The notes beneath the pieces were generated by a model. The model had not been told where the DNA came from and made no database searches. It saw nothing but the letters and a program-made list of their open reading frames with translations. Both the position numbers and the translations under genes were made by a program. From assembly GCA_963819815.1 (NCBI GenBank), contig CAWFXL010000001.1, forward strand, positions 1,056,001-1,120,000: a stretch of 64,000 nt of DNA, written 5' to 3'. This stretch comes from an uncultured bacterium. GTDB lineage: Bacteria; Babelota; Babeliae; Babelales; Babelaceae. Positions 10,354 to 21,677 of the stretch are shown here, in pieces (within the stretch, counting starts at the first letter, position 1; the number at the start of each line of letters is the position of its first letter).

Positions 10354-11075
10354 AACTTCAAGGTCCCTTGTAGCTTTATCTATCAGCTCCTTTGCTTAAG
10401 AAATACAAGCATGCTTTTTTCAGACTTACATCAACCCATCATTTAAGACGGCAGAACTATTACAGAAAAAGTTTCTGAATGATATGGGCATTAAGAAATA
10501 TACGGCAGCTCATCATAAAGCGGGTTTTAACCTGTTAGATTTGGAAGGCATTAACATCGATGTTATTCTGCTTTCTCAATTTCACCCGGAACAAGAGTTT
10601 ACGAACCAAATGCCCTCACTGCTAAACCATGAGAATTGTAGACATCTTGAATCAGTTCTTCAGCTTGAGTAATCTCGTTTGTTTGGCCAGAACTTGCAGT
10701 GGTTTTCCAACAGCATATAATATGCTGCATGTGTTTTCGTTGAATACCCACACTAAATACAACATTTTTCTACTAGCAATCCAATCTACATTATGATAAC
10801 TATGCACAATAATCTCTTCTGCACGTATTTCAAGAGACACATTGAAATGTTTATTACTTTTACTTAACCCCCGTAAAGCTCAAAGCTATTCTATAAACAT
10901 AACGTTTTGGCAACAGACTAAATGCACACTCATTAGTGTGGGCATATACTCTTTTCAGTAAGAACTGCTCACTTGGGCCTGATTCTAAAGTGAGAGCTCA
11001 GATAGCCTTACCTTTTTGCATCTTAATTTAAAACAAAGTCTTGCTTGGATTGCTTGTACAATTTGCAAATTGGTT

Positions 11076-12338
11076 CTATTTCACAATATCACAATATTTA
11101 TCGTAGAGCTCTTTTGAATTCGTCATCAGATAGTTCTCACCAATAATATTCTCAGGCCCGAGAATAACTTTTTTAGGAATCACCAACATGTGAAACTTAT
11201 TTTTCAAGTCCTTCCACAGATATCTTTTTACCCATTCTCTTCCCTGCTCCGCACTTTTCTTATACTCAGAATAATTAGAGTAGACTTTCCTTAGTTCTTT
11301 GCGGACATCCTCAATACTACAGTGAAAATTGTAACCGCAATCTCCAAAATCAAGACTCCCATACGTAGCTTTGTTTGGTATATTAGAGCAAACGCCAGAC
11401 ACATAACCACTATTGCAAATAGTAGCATGTGCAGTATTATTACTAATGATTGTAGGGATACCAAGAGCCAGGGCTTCGCGTGGAGTAATTGAAAATCCTT
11501 CACCCTTTGAGACAAGAACATAGCAATCAAAGCTTTTCATTAATTCTATGTACTTTTCATGCGAAAGTGACTTATTGCTAAGTATTATTGAAGGTATCGA
11601 ATTAGGTTCAACCTTACTCTTTACTGCTTCAAAATAGTAGCCCCCGTTGCCATGGAGAACCAACTCCACACTATCATCCCCAGCAAATTCAGCAAGAAAA
11701 GCATCTATTAATAAATGATGGTTCTTTCTATCTATAAATGTGCTACAGCATCCAAATCTAAATGGTTTATTTGGGGCTTTTTTGATCGGTTGTTGGAGAA
11801 AATCTTCGAGATAAATTCCGTGTGGTAAAACAAAAATCGGTATTGTAACGCCACTCATTACATAAGTCTCAACGAGCCATTCATCAGGTACGATCACTGC
11901 ATCAAAGTTCTCATTAAAATTGGCAACCCATTTTTTTGGTATTCGTGTGCTCTCTAACATTGAGTAAGCAAGTTTAATATGGCTTTTTATAGCATTTACT
12001 TCATCATAGCTGCTCCAGGCAAGGTACCAATACAAAAGTGCTACATTACCAGCTGTTATATCATCATTTTGTCTCCCAAGGTCAAAATGATTGATTTTAA
12101 GATCATTTTTTAAGATATCTGCAATCCCAATGCCTATGCTTCCTAGTCCAGTATCAGATTGTGCTACCCCTATTAACGATAGATCAATAGGTGACGGCGT
12201 AAATGATTTAACTTGGCCAAGTTCACGTTTATTGTTTGGCACCATGAATTTCTGCCCTTTTCTATCACCTTCCTCACAAGATATTTCGTGGGTAGATACC
12301 AGCAATAAACAACCAATTAGCATTCTGCAAAACAGCAT
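11076..12338 (-). CDS. GT4 (GT-B) glycosyltransferase, tandem paralog A
   Basis: RKN motif; 'DCYVLVSKGEGFSITPREALALGIP' EX7E motif. Confidence 0.85.
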   Translation of the reverse strand: MLFCRMLIGCLLLVSTHEISCEEGDRKGQKFMVPNNKRELGQVKSFTPSPIDLSLIGVAQSDTGLGSIGIGIADILKNDLKINHFDLGRQNDDITAGNVALLYWYLAWSSYDEVNAIKSHIKLAYSMLESTRIPKKWVANFNENFDAVIVPDEWLVETYVMSGVTIPIFVLPHGIYLEDFLQQPIKKAPNKPFRFGCCSTFIDRKNHHLLIDAFLAEFAGDDSVELVLHGNGGYYFEAVKSKVEPNSIPSIILSNKSLSHEKYIELMKSFDCYVLVSKGEGFSITPREALALGIPTIISNNTAHATICNSGYVSGVCSNIPNKATYGSLDFGDCGYNFHCSIEDVRKELRKVYSNYSEYKKSAEQGREWVKRYLWKDLKNKFHMLVIPKKVILGPENIIGENYLMTNSKELYDKYCDIVK

Positions 12339-12401
12339 GATTAATCCTTCCTTTCTTAAGAGTCTTGGTTAAGACTTCATTTTTCAAACCTAAAAATAGC
12401 T

Positions 12402-13679
12402 CTAAACCTCATGTCCCATAGATGCAATGTTGCAATATTTATTATAAAGCTCTCTAGAATTAGTCATCAAAAAATCTTCTCCAATAATATTTTCGTTTCC
12501 AAGGATAACCTCTTTAGGTTTCACCAACATGAGAAACTTGTTTTTCATGTTTTCCCAAGTATATTGTTTTACCCACTCTCTTCCCTCTACCGCAATTTTT
12601 TTGTGCTCAGCGTAATTAGAATAGACTTTCCTCAGTTCTTTACGAACGGCAGCAATATTACAATTAAAGTTGTCACCGCAATCTCCGAGATTATACGAGG
12701 AGGGATACTCAGCTTTATTCCGTATATTTGAGGGAACTCCAAATACATATCCACTATTACAAATTGTAATGTGTCCAGTATTATTACTAAGGATCGTAGG
12801 AGTTCCTAGTGCGAGCTCCTGACGAGGCGTAATTGAATACCCTTCCCCCTTTGAGAGAAGGACATAACAATCAATACTTTTCATAAACTCTATATACTCC
12901 TTACGTGTTAGCGTATTATGATTACTAATTTTTATTGATGGCACCGAAGATGCCTTAACCTTTCGTAGGGTCTCTTCAAGGTATTTTCCACCACCATCGC
13001 CATGAAGCACTAACTCAACGTTATGGTCTCCGGCAAATTCAGCTTGGAATGCATCAATTAATAGATGCTGATTCTTTCTATCGCAAAATGTAGCACATGA
13101 ACCAAATCTAAATGGCTTTGCATGAGTCGCCCTAATAGGCTCATTTAGAAAATCTTCGAGATAAATTCCATGGGGTAGTACAAAAATCGGTACAGTTACT
13201 CCACATGTTAAATATACATCCTTAAGCCACTCATCAGGTATGATCACAGCATCAAAGTTCTTATTGAAATTATTTACCCACATTTCAGGTATTTTTGTAC
13301 TCTCTAACATAGAATAAGCAAGTCTAACATAACTTTTTACAGAGTTTACCCTATTGCATTCTTCGACGTTGTATATTGGAAAATAAAGCAAAGCTACATT
13401 ACCTGGGGTTTTATCAGTATTTTGTAATATTTCTACTATATTTGATGGGATATTGTCATAAATAAAAATTCGGCCTATGTGCGAATAGTAATTGATTTTT
13501 ATATCATCTTTCAATACATCTATAATCCCTACCCCTATGCTTCCTAACCCAGTATTAGACTCCGCCAGTCCAATCAATGTTAAATCAATAGGAGAAGGTA
13601 CAAACGCATGTATTGGAAATGATAGGATAATAAAATAGTGCACCTTATTAATGCCCCGAAGGAACCGGTGGAATAACAT
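12402..13679 (-). CDS. GT4 (GT-B) glycosyltransferase, tandem paralog B
   Basis: RKN motif; 'DCYVLLSKGEGYSITPRQELALGTP'; colinear with paralog A. Confidence 0.85.
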   Translation of the reverse strand: MLFHRFLRGINKVHYFIILSFPIHAFVPSPIDLTLIGLAESNTGLGSIGVGIIDVLKDDIKINYYSHIGRIFIYDNIPSNIVEILQNTDKTPGNVALLYFPIYNVEECNRVNSVKSYVRLAYSMLESTKIPEMWVNNFNKNFDAVIIPDEWLKDVYLTCGVTVPIFVLPHGIYLEDFLNEPIRATHAKPFRFGSCATFCDRKNQHLLIDAFQAEFAGDHNVELVLHGDGGGKYLEETLRKVKASSVPSIKISNHNTLTRKEYIEFMKSIDCYVLLSKGEGYSITPRQELALGTPTILSNNTGHITICNSGYVFGVPSNIRNKAEYPSSYNLGDCGDNFNCNIAAVRKELRKVYSNYAEHKKIAVEGREWVKQYTWENMKNKFLMLVKPKEVILGNENIIGEDFLMTNSRELYNKYCNIASMGHEV

Positions 13680-13775
13680 TCACTCTCCCATGAATATTGG
13701 TTGCTGCCGTATTTAGACCCAGTTATATACAATTAAGGACTCCGACAATAAACTACTATCTATTTGTCTTTCTAA

Positions 13776-13805
13776 ATACTAATAATAATAAGATTATAAA
13801 TGCAA
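13776..13805 (-). promoter_or_regulatory. Putative promoter (18-bp spacer) for the GT4 pair
   Basis: TTGCAT-N18-TAGTAT on the minus strand. Confidence 0.55.
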
Positions 13806-13821
13806 GAGTTTCATACATCTC

Positions 13822-14140
13822 TGTCGGAACGCAATTAGAATGTCCTCTTTTTTTAAGTTTGTATTCTGGTTTCTCTATTTCTACGTAGTTAAGTCATTGG
13901 TTGCCTACCTCAAGTGATATTGTCCCATCGAATGCTATGCTTATCGAGATAGAAGATCCCTTCTGTAGCTCTTTTTTCATAAGCAAGAACCATGTGCCCA
14001 TATAGCGAATAGTTCGACTTCCGTTTATTTTACGTTTTCTTTAATACGAAAGATGGAGTTAAGATTAATTCCTTCAATGGAGCGATGAGGGTTAACATTT
14101 TCAATGGCACTACAGTGAATTTTTCATTATAAGGCCTTAT
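13822..14140 (-). mobile_element. IS1202-family remnant: right end plus decayed transposase C-terminus
   Basis: TGTCGGAACGCAATTAGAATGTCCTC at 13822; peptide YNEKF..PHRSIEGINLNSIFRIKE homologous to 4300-4440. Confidence 0.75.
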
Positions 14141-14164
14141 TACCTGTTAATTGAAGAGGTTAAC

Positions 14165-14340
14165 TTTCCGCTCCCTTATAGAGAAGAAACTCAATAACAG
14201 GAAGCTGAGCTGCCGTAACTGACCTTTTTAAAAGGGTATCTCCAAATTTATCTTGAAAATTTATCGGTACACCCTTTAAGATAAACTCTTGCCCCTAGGC
14301 AAGTCTCCAAATTGAACTGCACTGAGAAGATCAGTGCTGG
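14165..14340 (-). pseudogene. Ankyrin-repeat protein fragment
   Basis: Manual translation STDLLSAVQFGDL / GVPINFQDKFGDTLLKRSVTAAQLPVIEFLLYKGA fits the ankyrin consensus. Confidence 0.55.
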
Positions 14341-14419
14341 ACCCGCAACAAGGTAAAGTCTATGCCTTTTTATTATTCGTAAAGCAACAGTTACACATCG
14401 TCAAGTTCTGCCGGAAATT

Positions 14420-14785
14420 TTATTCTGGGTGTATTTTGAGCAATTCGACCTTAAAGCGCAAAGTCGCCTGAGGAGGTATTGCTGCTCCTGCTCCACGTGC
14501 TCCATAGGCCAACTGTGGGGGAAGAATAATGTACCGAATTTCTCCTTCATGCATCTCAAGAAGTGTTTCATCCCACCCCTTAATAACCTGGCCTACTCCA
14601 ACTACAAAAGAAAAGGGACGGCCCCGATCATGGCTACTGTCAAACTTTTTACCCTGCTCCCCTGCATTATCAAGCCATCCCGTATAATGAACGTCTACGA
14701 CGTCGCCAGGAGTAGGAGTATGGTCTCCTGAGCCCTCTTTTTCAATATGATACTGAAGCCCATCAGGGCGAGTGATAAATTCCAT
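14420..14785 (-). CDS. FKBP-type peptidyl-prolyl isomerase (FKBP-B)
   Basis: VHYTGWL, KFDSS, VIKGWD and LAYG motifs. Confidence 0.92.
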   Translation of the reverse strand: MEFITRPDGLQYHIEKEGSGDHTPTPGDVVDVHYTGWLDNAGEQGKKFDSSHDRGRPFSFVVGVGQVIKGWDETLLEMHEGEIRYIILPPQLAYGARGAGAAIPPQATLRFKVELLKIHPE

Positions 14786-14844
14786 GGTTCTCCGCTGGTA
14801 ATGCAAACAGGGCATCATAGTTTGATGCCCTGTATACGTGCTCT

Positions 14845-15321
14845 TTATTTAACTTTGAGAAGTTCAACTCTAAACCGAAGTGTTGAATTTGGTGGAATTT
14901 TAGCAACTGACATCGATCCATAGGCAAGTTGAGGAGGAAGAATAATGTAGCGAACTTCACCCTCTTTCATTTCGGCCACGGTTATATCCCACCCAGGAAT
15001 AACGGTACCGGTACCTACCTTAAACGAAAATGGTTGACCCCTATCGACGCTACTGTCAAACTTGGTTCCCTCTAGCCCATTAACATCAAGCCATCCGGTA
15101 TAGTGCACGTCTACTTGACCACCTTTGACAGGTTTACGCCCTTCACCATGTTTCTCAATGCGATACTTGATTCCTTCAGGACTTGTTATAAAGTCCTCGG
15201 CCGTGGCAGGTTCAGCAACTTTTTCCGAAGTAGGCTCATTCTTTTTAGTAATGGCCCAAAGCGTCAGTCCAACGCCACCAAGTAAGGCTACTCCCAGAAG
15301 AACTAAAGTATTTCTTTTCAT
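14845..15321 (-). CDS. FKBP-type peptidyl-prolyl isomerase with N-terminal membrane anchor (FKBP-A)
   Basis: Hydrophobic N-terminus; VHYTGWL, KFDSS, VIPGWD and IPPNSTL motifs. Confidence 0.92.
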   Translation of the reverse strand: MKRNTLVLLGVALLGGVGLTLWAITKKNEPTSEKVAEPATAEDFITSPEGIKYRIEKHGEGRKPVKGGQVDVHYTGWLDVNGLEGTKFDSSVDRGQPFSFKVGTGTVIPGWDITVAEMKEGEVRYIILPPQLAYGSMSVAKIPPNSTLRFRVELLKVK

Positions 15322-15397
15322 AAAATCCTCCTATGAAAATGATGCATGGTTAAAATACTACAATGCGTATAACTCTATCACTAATTAAAACCAAGAT

Positions 15398-16651
15398 CTA
15401 GACCCTTTTTACCCATTGGGCAAGAAACGTTCCCAGCTCTTGGGTAGGTATCATATGACTTTCAGGTTGGAATCGCAACTTGCCTTCAATAACCTCTTTT
15501 TCAGCCGTTTTATCGCTCATAACCAATCGGAGCGGTATTCCAATAAGGTCCGAATCGGCAAACTTTTGTCCTGGGCGTGCGTCACGATCATCATACAATA
15601 CTTCATAGCCTTTGCTTTGAAGCTCAAGATACAATGCGTGAGCTTTCTCCTGAATAAGAGAATTATTCGATAGAGAAAGAAGATGAATATCAAAGGGCGC
15701 TACGGAAGCTGGCCAAATAATGCCCTGGGCATCATGCAAGGCTTCTACTATGGTTCCCATAAGTCTTGTCGTACCTAACCCATAACAACCCATAGGAACA
15801 GGATGCTGGGCATCTTCGCTATCTCTATACACCAGATTAAACGGTTGTGAAAATCGATACATGAGTTTAAAGATGTTTCCTACTTCAATGGACTTATGCT
15901 CAATAAGATCTTTTGAGCCACATTTAGGGCAGCTTGATTGCTCTGCGATAATTTCATGATTGATACCTATTTTGCATGAGGTACAGACATAGATCGTATC
16001 CTCCCCATAGGGAGTCACGGTCTGAAACTCATGTGAATATTTACTAAACGTACCTCCAGCTGCATAGGTAAAGTAGGTTATATCCCCAAGGCCACAGCGT
16101 TCAAATATCCGAGTGTATGCATCGGTGACACGATCATAATAAAGATTGAGATCTTCTTCAGTCTTATGAAATGAGTACAGATCTTTCATACGAAACTCCC
16201 GGCCACGCAACAGCCCAGATTTAGGACGAGCTTCATTGCGAAATTTCGTTTGTATCTGGTACACGGCACGAGGCAGATCTTTATAGGAAGTAATAAATGA
16301 AGTCACTAACGGGGTCACGACCTCCTCGTGCGTAGGCCCTAAACAGAGATCACGGTCACCCGCCTTGAGCTTATATAACACATCAACCGTGTCCCACCTG
16401 CCCGTAATTTCCCAGGGCTCCTTTGGCTGCAATGAGGGCATTAAAATCTCCTGAGCGCCGAGCTCATTCATCGTATCCCGGACAATGGTTTCAATCTTAG
16501 TAAGCACACGATATCCAAGAGGGAGATAGGTAAATACCCCAGCCATAAGCTTAGAAATATAGCCAGCACGCTCAAGAAGCTGTGCATTAATACTATGTTC
16601 CTGTTGCGATATCTCTTTTCGTGTTTTAGTGAGCAACTGCGACTGTCTCAT
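15398..16651 (-). CDS. proS: Proline--tRNA ligase, short form
   Basis: LGPTHEE, QIQTKFRNEARP, GLLRGREF and MGCYGLG motifs; no large editing insert. Confidence 0.95.
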   Translation of the reverse strand: MRQSQLLTKTRKEISQQEHSINAQLLERAGYISKLMAGVFTYLPLGYRVLTKIETIVRDTMNELGAQEILMPSLQPKEPWEITGRWDTVDVLYKLKAGDRDLCLGPTHEEVVTPLVTSFITSYKDLPRAVYQIQTKFRNEARPKSGLLRGREFRMKDLYSFHKTEEDLNLYYDRVTDAYTRIFERCGLGDITYFTYAAGGTFSKYSHEFQTVTPYGEDTIYVCTSCKIGINHEIIAEQSSCPKCGSKDLIEHKSIEVGNIFKLMYRFSQPFNLVYRDSEDAQHPVPMGCYGLGTTRLMGTIVEALHDAQGIIWPASVAPFDIHLLSLSNNSLIQEKAHALYLELQSKGYEVLYDDRDARPGQKFADSDLIGIPLRLVMSDKTAEKEVIEGKLRFQPESHMIPTQELGTFLAQWVKRV

Positions 16652-16659
16652 GCATCTCC

Positions 16660-17118
16660 TCAATAGGTAATTTTTCCTTTTAATTCACGGCGCGTCTCCC
16701 GTTGTATATCGCGCTCTTTAATCGCCTCTTTAATGCCATGTGCTTTCTTATGCTTAGCAAGGCCAATCTCTACTTTGACAAGCCCTTTGCCGGTGATATA
16801 GACCTTCAAGGGAACTGCCGTAACTCCTTTGCGAGCTATCTCGCTCATAAGCTTCCTCAGCTCTCTTTTAGTGAGTAAAAGCTTTCGAGAACGCTTTGCT
16901 AACTCTTCTGCTTTTGCGTAAGCATGAGAATAGGGAGATATATTGGCATTGAGAAGATAGAGTTCATTATTATGAACGGTAGCATAGGCTCCTACGAGGG
17001 ATATATGGCCAGCACGGATAGACTTAACCTCATCTCCCGTAAGCACGATACCAGCTTCCCATCGATCCAAAATATCATACTCATGGAATGCTTTTTTATT
17101 CTGAGCAATGACTTTCAT
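16660..17118 (-). CDS. smpB: SsrA-binding protein
   Basis: NKKAFHEY, EAGIVLTGDEVKSIR and RKLLL motifs. Confidence 0.97.
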   Translation of the reverse strand: MKVIAQNKKAFHEYDILDRWEAGIVLTGDEVKSIRAGHISLVGAYATVHNNELYLLNANISPYSHAYAKAEELAKRSRKLLLTKRELRKLMSEIARKGVTAVPLKVYITGKGLVKVEIGLAKHKKAHGIKEAIKERDIQRETRRELKGKITY

Positions 17119-17121
17119 AGT

Positions 17122-17616
17122 CTATACTTTTTGTTTCTCAAGCTGTATGGCAATGCGCGATAAAATTCGCGTTAGCAGAGGATATAAGGGAAGGCATATC
17201 ATAGTCGCTAACAGAAAACCACCACCTAATAAGTACCATAAACACAGCTCTGCACCTATATATTGTTTCAAATCAACATACTTAGATAAAAAGGTATTAA
17301 ACCGTTCTACCCACCAGGGATTATACTGTATTAAATCGATTCCGACTACCTTGGTAAAAAACCATGCACCAAGAGCATAGCCCGAAACATAGATGGGGAT
17401 TAAGGTTATGGGGTTATTCACAATATATAAAGTTGCCACGGCAACGCCAACATTAAGGCCTAAAAGCCAACCAAGCACCATAACTAACGGTGTTTGCAGT
17501 GGAATTGTAGGAGTTAATGCGATAAAAGTTCCTAAACATAAAGAGGCAGAAACCTTTTGCACACTGCGTTCCTTAAGTAAGAGGTTCTCAAACCACTTAC
17601 GCAACCTTTTTGCCAT
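17122..17616 (-). CDS. DUF2062-like membrane protein
   Basis: Multiple hydrophobic segments; 'GTFIALTP..PLQT', 'NNPIT..PIY'. Confidence 0.65.
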   Translation of the reverse strand: MAKRLRKWFENLLLKERSVQKVSASLCLGTFIALTPTIPLQTPLVMVLGWLLGLNVGVAVATLYIVNNPITLIPIYVSGYALGAWFFTKVVGIDLIQYNPWWVERFNTFLSKYVDLKQYIGAELCLWYLLGGGFLLATMICLPLYPLLTRILSRIAIQLEKQKV

Positions 17617-17866
17617 TGTCTACCTTTTTAATAGCCAGCATTTTCAAGCTTTGCTAGCAGTATACCTGTTTTTAAGGCCCTAAGAAAAGGGTTCGCCCAT
17701 TTTGGTAGGGCTCAAAATAATACTCAAGCGTTGAAATATTAAGATCAGGTGTCTGCTTATGATGTGTATGTGCAGAATAGACAAACTCGTAGCCATTACC
17801 CTGTTACCTATTCCTCCCTCATGATTTAGCGGGTATACTAAGTAGAAAGCTTTACAGAAAGGTCTC

Positions 17867-18886
17867 ATGGAATCATTGATATTTGGTATAGAAACCTCAT
17901 GTGATGAGATTGCCGCAGCAGTCTACTCAAACACGAGAGGAGTCCTCTCCAATGAGCTCTACTCCCAGATAGAACTCCATGCTCTCTATGGAGGAGTAGT
18001 CCCCGAGATAGCTTCTCGTTCACATCTTGAAAAAATAAGACCCATCTGTGAAGCAGCATTGGCCAAAGCTGGCGTCACTCTGTCAGATATCTCAACGATT
18101 GCAGTCACCTCTAAACCTGGATTGCCGGGCTCATTGCTTGTCGGGTTAAGCTTTGCAAAAGCGATTGCCTGGGCATCGGGCAAAAACCTCATAGGGATAA
18201 ACCACCTAGAAGGACATATTTTCTCGGCCTGCATTGAGCAAGACATCCCCTTTCCCTTTCTTTGCTTAACTGCTTCAGGTGGACATACTGCTCTTTATAT
18301 GGTCCATGATTATGGAACCTTTACCTTATTGGGGCAAACTCTTGATGATGCAGCTGGAGAAGCCTTTGATAAAATAGCAAAGTTTATGAATTTGCCCTAT
18401 CCAGGTGGCCCCATCATTGAAACACTCGCCGCTGAGGCGTCTTTTCAAGACTTCTTCCACTATCCACAACCTATGAAGCATAGCTTAGATTTTAGCTTTT
18501 CTGGCCTCAAGACTGCAGTGCTCTATAACCTGGTTTCTCAAGGTGCCTACGATCTTAAAGAAAAGCGCTTCCTAAAAAATGACGACCTTGAGTTGAAGCA
18601 AAAAGTGGCAAGCTCATTTTTGGTATGCATAGGAGATATCTTTGAGCATAGGCTCACCATGGTCCTAAAAGAACATACACCGAAAGCAATCGCCTTTGTA
18701 GGAGGAGTTGCCTGTAATAGGTACCTGGGTGACAGATTACGTACCTTTGGCAACAAAAATGGATTGACCGTCTATACCCCTTCAAGGCAGTACTGCACCG
18801 ACAATGGTGCTATGATAGCATTCGTTGGTAATTATAAAGCACAGCAAGGTGCCTTCTCGTCGCTTACCTTGGACTTGTTTGAGTAA
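17867..18886 (+). CDS. tsaD: tRNA N6-adenosine threonylcarbamoyltransferase
   Basis: GIETSCDE, GGVVPEIASR, NHLEGH, SGGHT, DDAAGEAFDK and TDNGAMIA motifs. Confidence 0.97.
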   Translation: MESLIFGIETSCDEIAAAVYSNTRGVLSNELYSQIELHALYGGVVPEIASRSHLEKIRPICEAALAKAGVTLSDISTIAVTSKPGLPGSLLVGLSFAKAIAWASGKNLIGINHLEGHIFSACIEQDIPFPFLCLTASGGHTALYMVHDYGTFTLLGQTLDDAAGEAFDKIAKFMNLPYPGGPIIETLAAEASFQDFFHYPQPMKHSLDFSFSGLKTAVLYNLVSQGAYDLKEKRFLKNDDLELKQKVASSFLVCIGDIFEHRLTMVLKEHTPKAIAFVGGVACNRYLGDRLRTFGNKNGLTVYTPSRQYCTDNGAMIAFVGNYKAQQGAFSSLTLDLFE

Positions 18887-18917
18887 CGCAGATCAATCTT
18901 CTGCAGTATGCAAGATC

Positions 18918-20213
18918 TTATGACGAAGATGAAGAAGTTGGTGTTGTTGTTGCAGTCTTTTTCATCGAATCGATAAACTCATCGTTCGTCTTAAACTTCT
19001 TAATCTTATCGATCAGAAACTCCATACCTTCTACCGTGTTCATACCACTCAGGAACTTACGAAGAATCCAGATCTTATTAAGCTGATCTTCATCCATAAG
19101 AAGATCTTCGCGACGGGTTCCTGATTGCAAGAGATCAAAGGCAGGAAATGTACGTCGGTTAGAAAGCTTACGACTCAGATGCATCTCCATATTACCAGTT
19201 CCCTTAAACTCTTCATAAATAACCTCGTCCATACGTGAACCGGTTTCTACAAGAGCAGTACCTATGATCGTTAACGACCCAGCTTCTTCAGTCTTACGAG
19301 CAGCACCAAAGAAACGTTTAGGATGTTGTAAGGCTGTCGCATCAATACCACCGGTAAGCACCTTCCCTGAAGCAGGGGCTACGGTATTATAGGCACGAGC
19401 AAGCCTCGTAATCGAATCAAGAAGAACGACAACATCATACCCCACCTCAACCAAGCGCCGTGCTTTTTCTATGACAATTTCGGCAACTTGCACATGGCGC
19501 TCTGCAGGTTCATCGAACGTTGAGCTAATAACCTGAGCATGGTTCATGCCAACCACCGCATATTTCATCTCGGTGACCTCTTCAGGACGCTCATCGACAA
19601 GCAGCACAATGATATATGTCTCAGGATTATTTGCAGCTATTGCCTGGGTAAGCTCCTTTAGAAGAACCGTTTTACCGGTCTTTGGTGGTGCAACGATTAA
19701 ACCACGTTGCCCTTTACCTATAGGGGTAAACAGATCCATAATTCTTGTTGATATCGCGGTCGGATTGTGTTCAAGAGTAAATTTCTGAGTAGGATGATGA
19801 GGAGTTAAGCGCTCAAAGAAAGCTCTATCTATAAGAACTGAAGGATCCTTATAGTTCACTAAATCAACTTTAAGCAATGCAAAATACTTTTCACCCTCTT
19901 TTGGCTTTCTGATGACTCCTGAAATAGTATCCCCTGTTCTGAGCCCAAAACGTCTAATCTGAGAAGGTGATACGTAGATGTCATCAGGACCTGACACGTA
20001 GTCGAACTTCGCTGAACGTAAGAAACCAAAACCATCGGGTAATTTTTCAAGAACCCCTTCAACCGGTATTTCTTTATCTGGATTTTCTTTAAGGTCGATA
20101 ATATTTTTTATAAGATCTGGCTTCGACATGAGGGAAGAACCCACTACGCCAACTTTACGAGCTTGGATCAATAGCTCAGCTAATGGTAGCTTTTTTAATT
20201 CTTGATCTTTCAT
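18918..20213 (-). CDS. rho: Transcription termination factor Rho
   Basis: [34 protein letters not shown] and [12 protein letters not shown] motifs. Confidence 0.98.
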   Translation of the reverse strand: MKDQELKKLPLAELLIQARKVGVVGSSLMSKPDLIKNIIDLKENPDKEIPVEGVLEKLPDGFGFLRSAKFDYVSGPDDIYVSPSQIRRFGLRTGDTISGVIRKPKEGEKYFALLKVDLVNYKDPSVLIDRAFFERLTPHHPTQKFTLEHNPTAISTRIMDLFTPIGKGQRGLIVAPPKTGKTVLLKELTQAIAANNPETYIIVLLVDERPEEVTEMKYAVVGMNHAQVISSTFDEPAERHVQVAEIVIEKARRLVEVGYDVVVLLDSITRLARAYNTVAPASGKVLTGGIDATALQHPKRFFGAARKTEEAGSLTIIGTALVETGSRMDEVIYEEFKGTGNMEMHLSRKLSNRRTFPAFDLLQSGTRREDLLMDEDQLNKIWILRKFLSGMNTVEGMEFLIDKIKKFKTNDEFIDSMKKTATTTPTSSSSS

Positions 20214-20413
20214 AGAACCTGTAACTCCTTTCCCATCCGGGATAAGTAACTCTATAAGAGTAATTGTGATTTTTTTAGAAAATAGATACGTATTTCGTTA
20301 GTAGTAATTGGGGAGCAAACTAGGAAAAGTCTGCAATCTTTTTAGTATTAAGCCTCACAGCCTACAAGGGTAGAAGCAAAATAACTGTTTGTTGTGCTTT
20401 CAAGTACCAGTAA

Positions 20414-21355
20414 TTATGCACTCTTTTTAGGGTATAACATATAAAGAACCGGCGTTGCAATAAATATTGTAGAATAAATTCCAAATATTATACCGATAAA
20501 GAGTGCAAGGGACAGATCTCGCAGCGTTTCACCGCCAAAAACTAAAAGCGAGACAACCACTAAAAGGGTTGCAAATGTCGTAAGCAACGTACGGCTTAAG
20601 GTCTCAGTAATACTTATATTAATGACATCATAGATTGATCGATTTGCCAAGAGCTTAACATTTTCACGAACACGAGCAAAAATCACAATCGTGTCATTCA
20701 CCGAATAGCCAAGCACCGCTAAAATCGCACCGATAACGTTCATAGAGATCTCTTTATCAAAAATAAGGAAAAAGGCTAATATCGCAATCGCATCATGGAA
20801 TAATGAAACAATAGCTCCCATGGCATAGGCAAAAGACCAGAACCTTATGGCAATATAGAGAAGCATAAGAATCAAACTCACTAAAATTGCATAGATAGAG
20901 TTAGTACGCATCATCGATCCAGTTGCCATCCCAACGCTGTCAGTTTGCTCAATGGTAACGGTATACTCAGATCCAAGACCTTTTTGCACCGCTTCACGAA
21001 TAAGCTCAGCTTCCTTAGAAACATCCTTTGCTTCTTTTTTTACGCGCACTAAATGCTCCGTAGCAGAGAACTCGCGCGTCACACTACCGGGCCATCCAGC
21101 TTTTTCTAAGATCGCCACTACCTTTTCACTTTCTACAGGCTTATTAAAGGCAAGCAACGTTTGAATACCCCCCGTAAAATCGACACTGTAATTAAAAGTA
21201 TGACCATCTGGGTTCGTAAAGCGCTTATACAGATAAGTTCCAAAGAAAGATGCTAATAAAAGACCTGATACAATAGCAGAAACATACTGAAGTTTAAGGA
21301 AATCTATCGGATTATTAATAGCCTCAGATTTATGGTAACGGAAAAAATTAAACAT
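20414..21355 (-). CDS. secF: Protein translocase subunit SecF
   Basis: DFTGG, LFHD, GYSVNDTIVIF.RVRE and TLSRT motifs. Confidence 0.93.
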   Translation of the reverse strand: MFNFFRYHKSEAINNPIDFLKLQYVSAIVSGLLLASFFGTYLYKRFTNPDGHTFNYSVDFTGGIQTLLAFNKPVESEKVVAILEKAGWPGSVTREFSATEHLVRVKKEAKDVSKEAELIREAVQKGLGSEYTVTIEQTDSVGMATGSMMRTNSIYAILVSLILMLLYIAIRFWSFAYAMGAIVSLFHDAIAILAFFLIFDKEISMNVIGAILAVLGYSVNDTIVIFARVRENVKLLANRSIYDVINISITETLSRTLLTTFATLLVVVSLLVFGGETLRDLSLALFIGIIFGIYSTIFIATPVLYMLYPKKSA

Positions 21356-21419
21356 AAGTACTCTACCCTTGCCAAAATGCGCTCAAAACCTATATAACTC
21401 GATCACTATAACTAAATTC

Positions 21420-21677
21420 TTAGGAAGCTGCAAGCACAGAAACGTACTTACGACCTTTTGGACCATAATGAAACTTTACTTTACCTGATCCAATAGCATA
21501 AATAGTGTGATCGGTTCCCAATCCTACGTTATTACCAGGATGAATACGTGTGCCGCGCTGGCGAATAATGATCTCGCCGCCCGAAACAACTTCGCCGTCA
21601 AACAATTTAACGCCTAGCCTTCTGCCTCTACTATCTCTACCATTGGAGGTCGATCCACCCGACTTACTGGTTGCCAT
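21420..21677 (-). CDS. rpmA: 50S ribosomal protein L27
   Basis: [27 protein letters not shown]. Confidence 0.97.
   Translation of the reverse strand: MATSKSGGSTSNGRDSRGRRLGVKLFDGEVVSGGEIIIRQRGTRIHPGNNVGLGTDHTIYAIGSGKVKFHYGPKGRKYVSVLAAS

Noticed and set aside
4280..14140. Composite transposon formed by the two IS1202 remnants
   Set aside because: Outer ends and a shared target duplication are not visible; each inner end sits 16 bp from its own promoter, favouring independent insertions.
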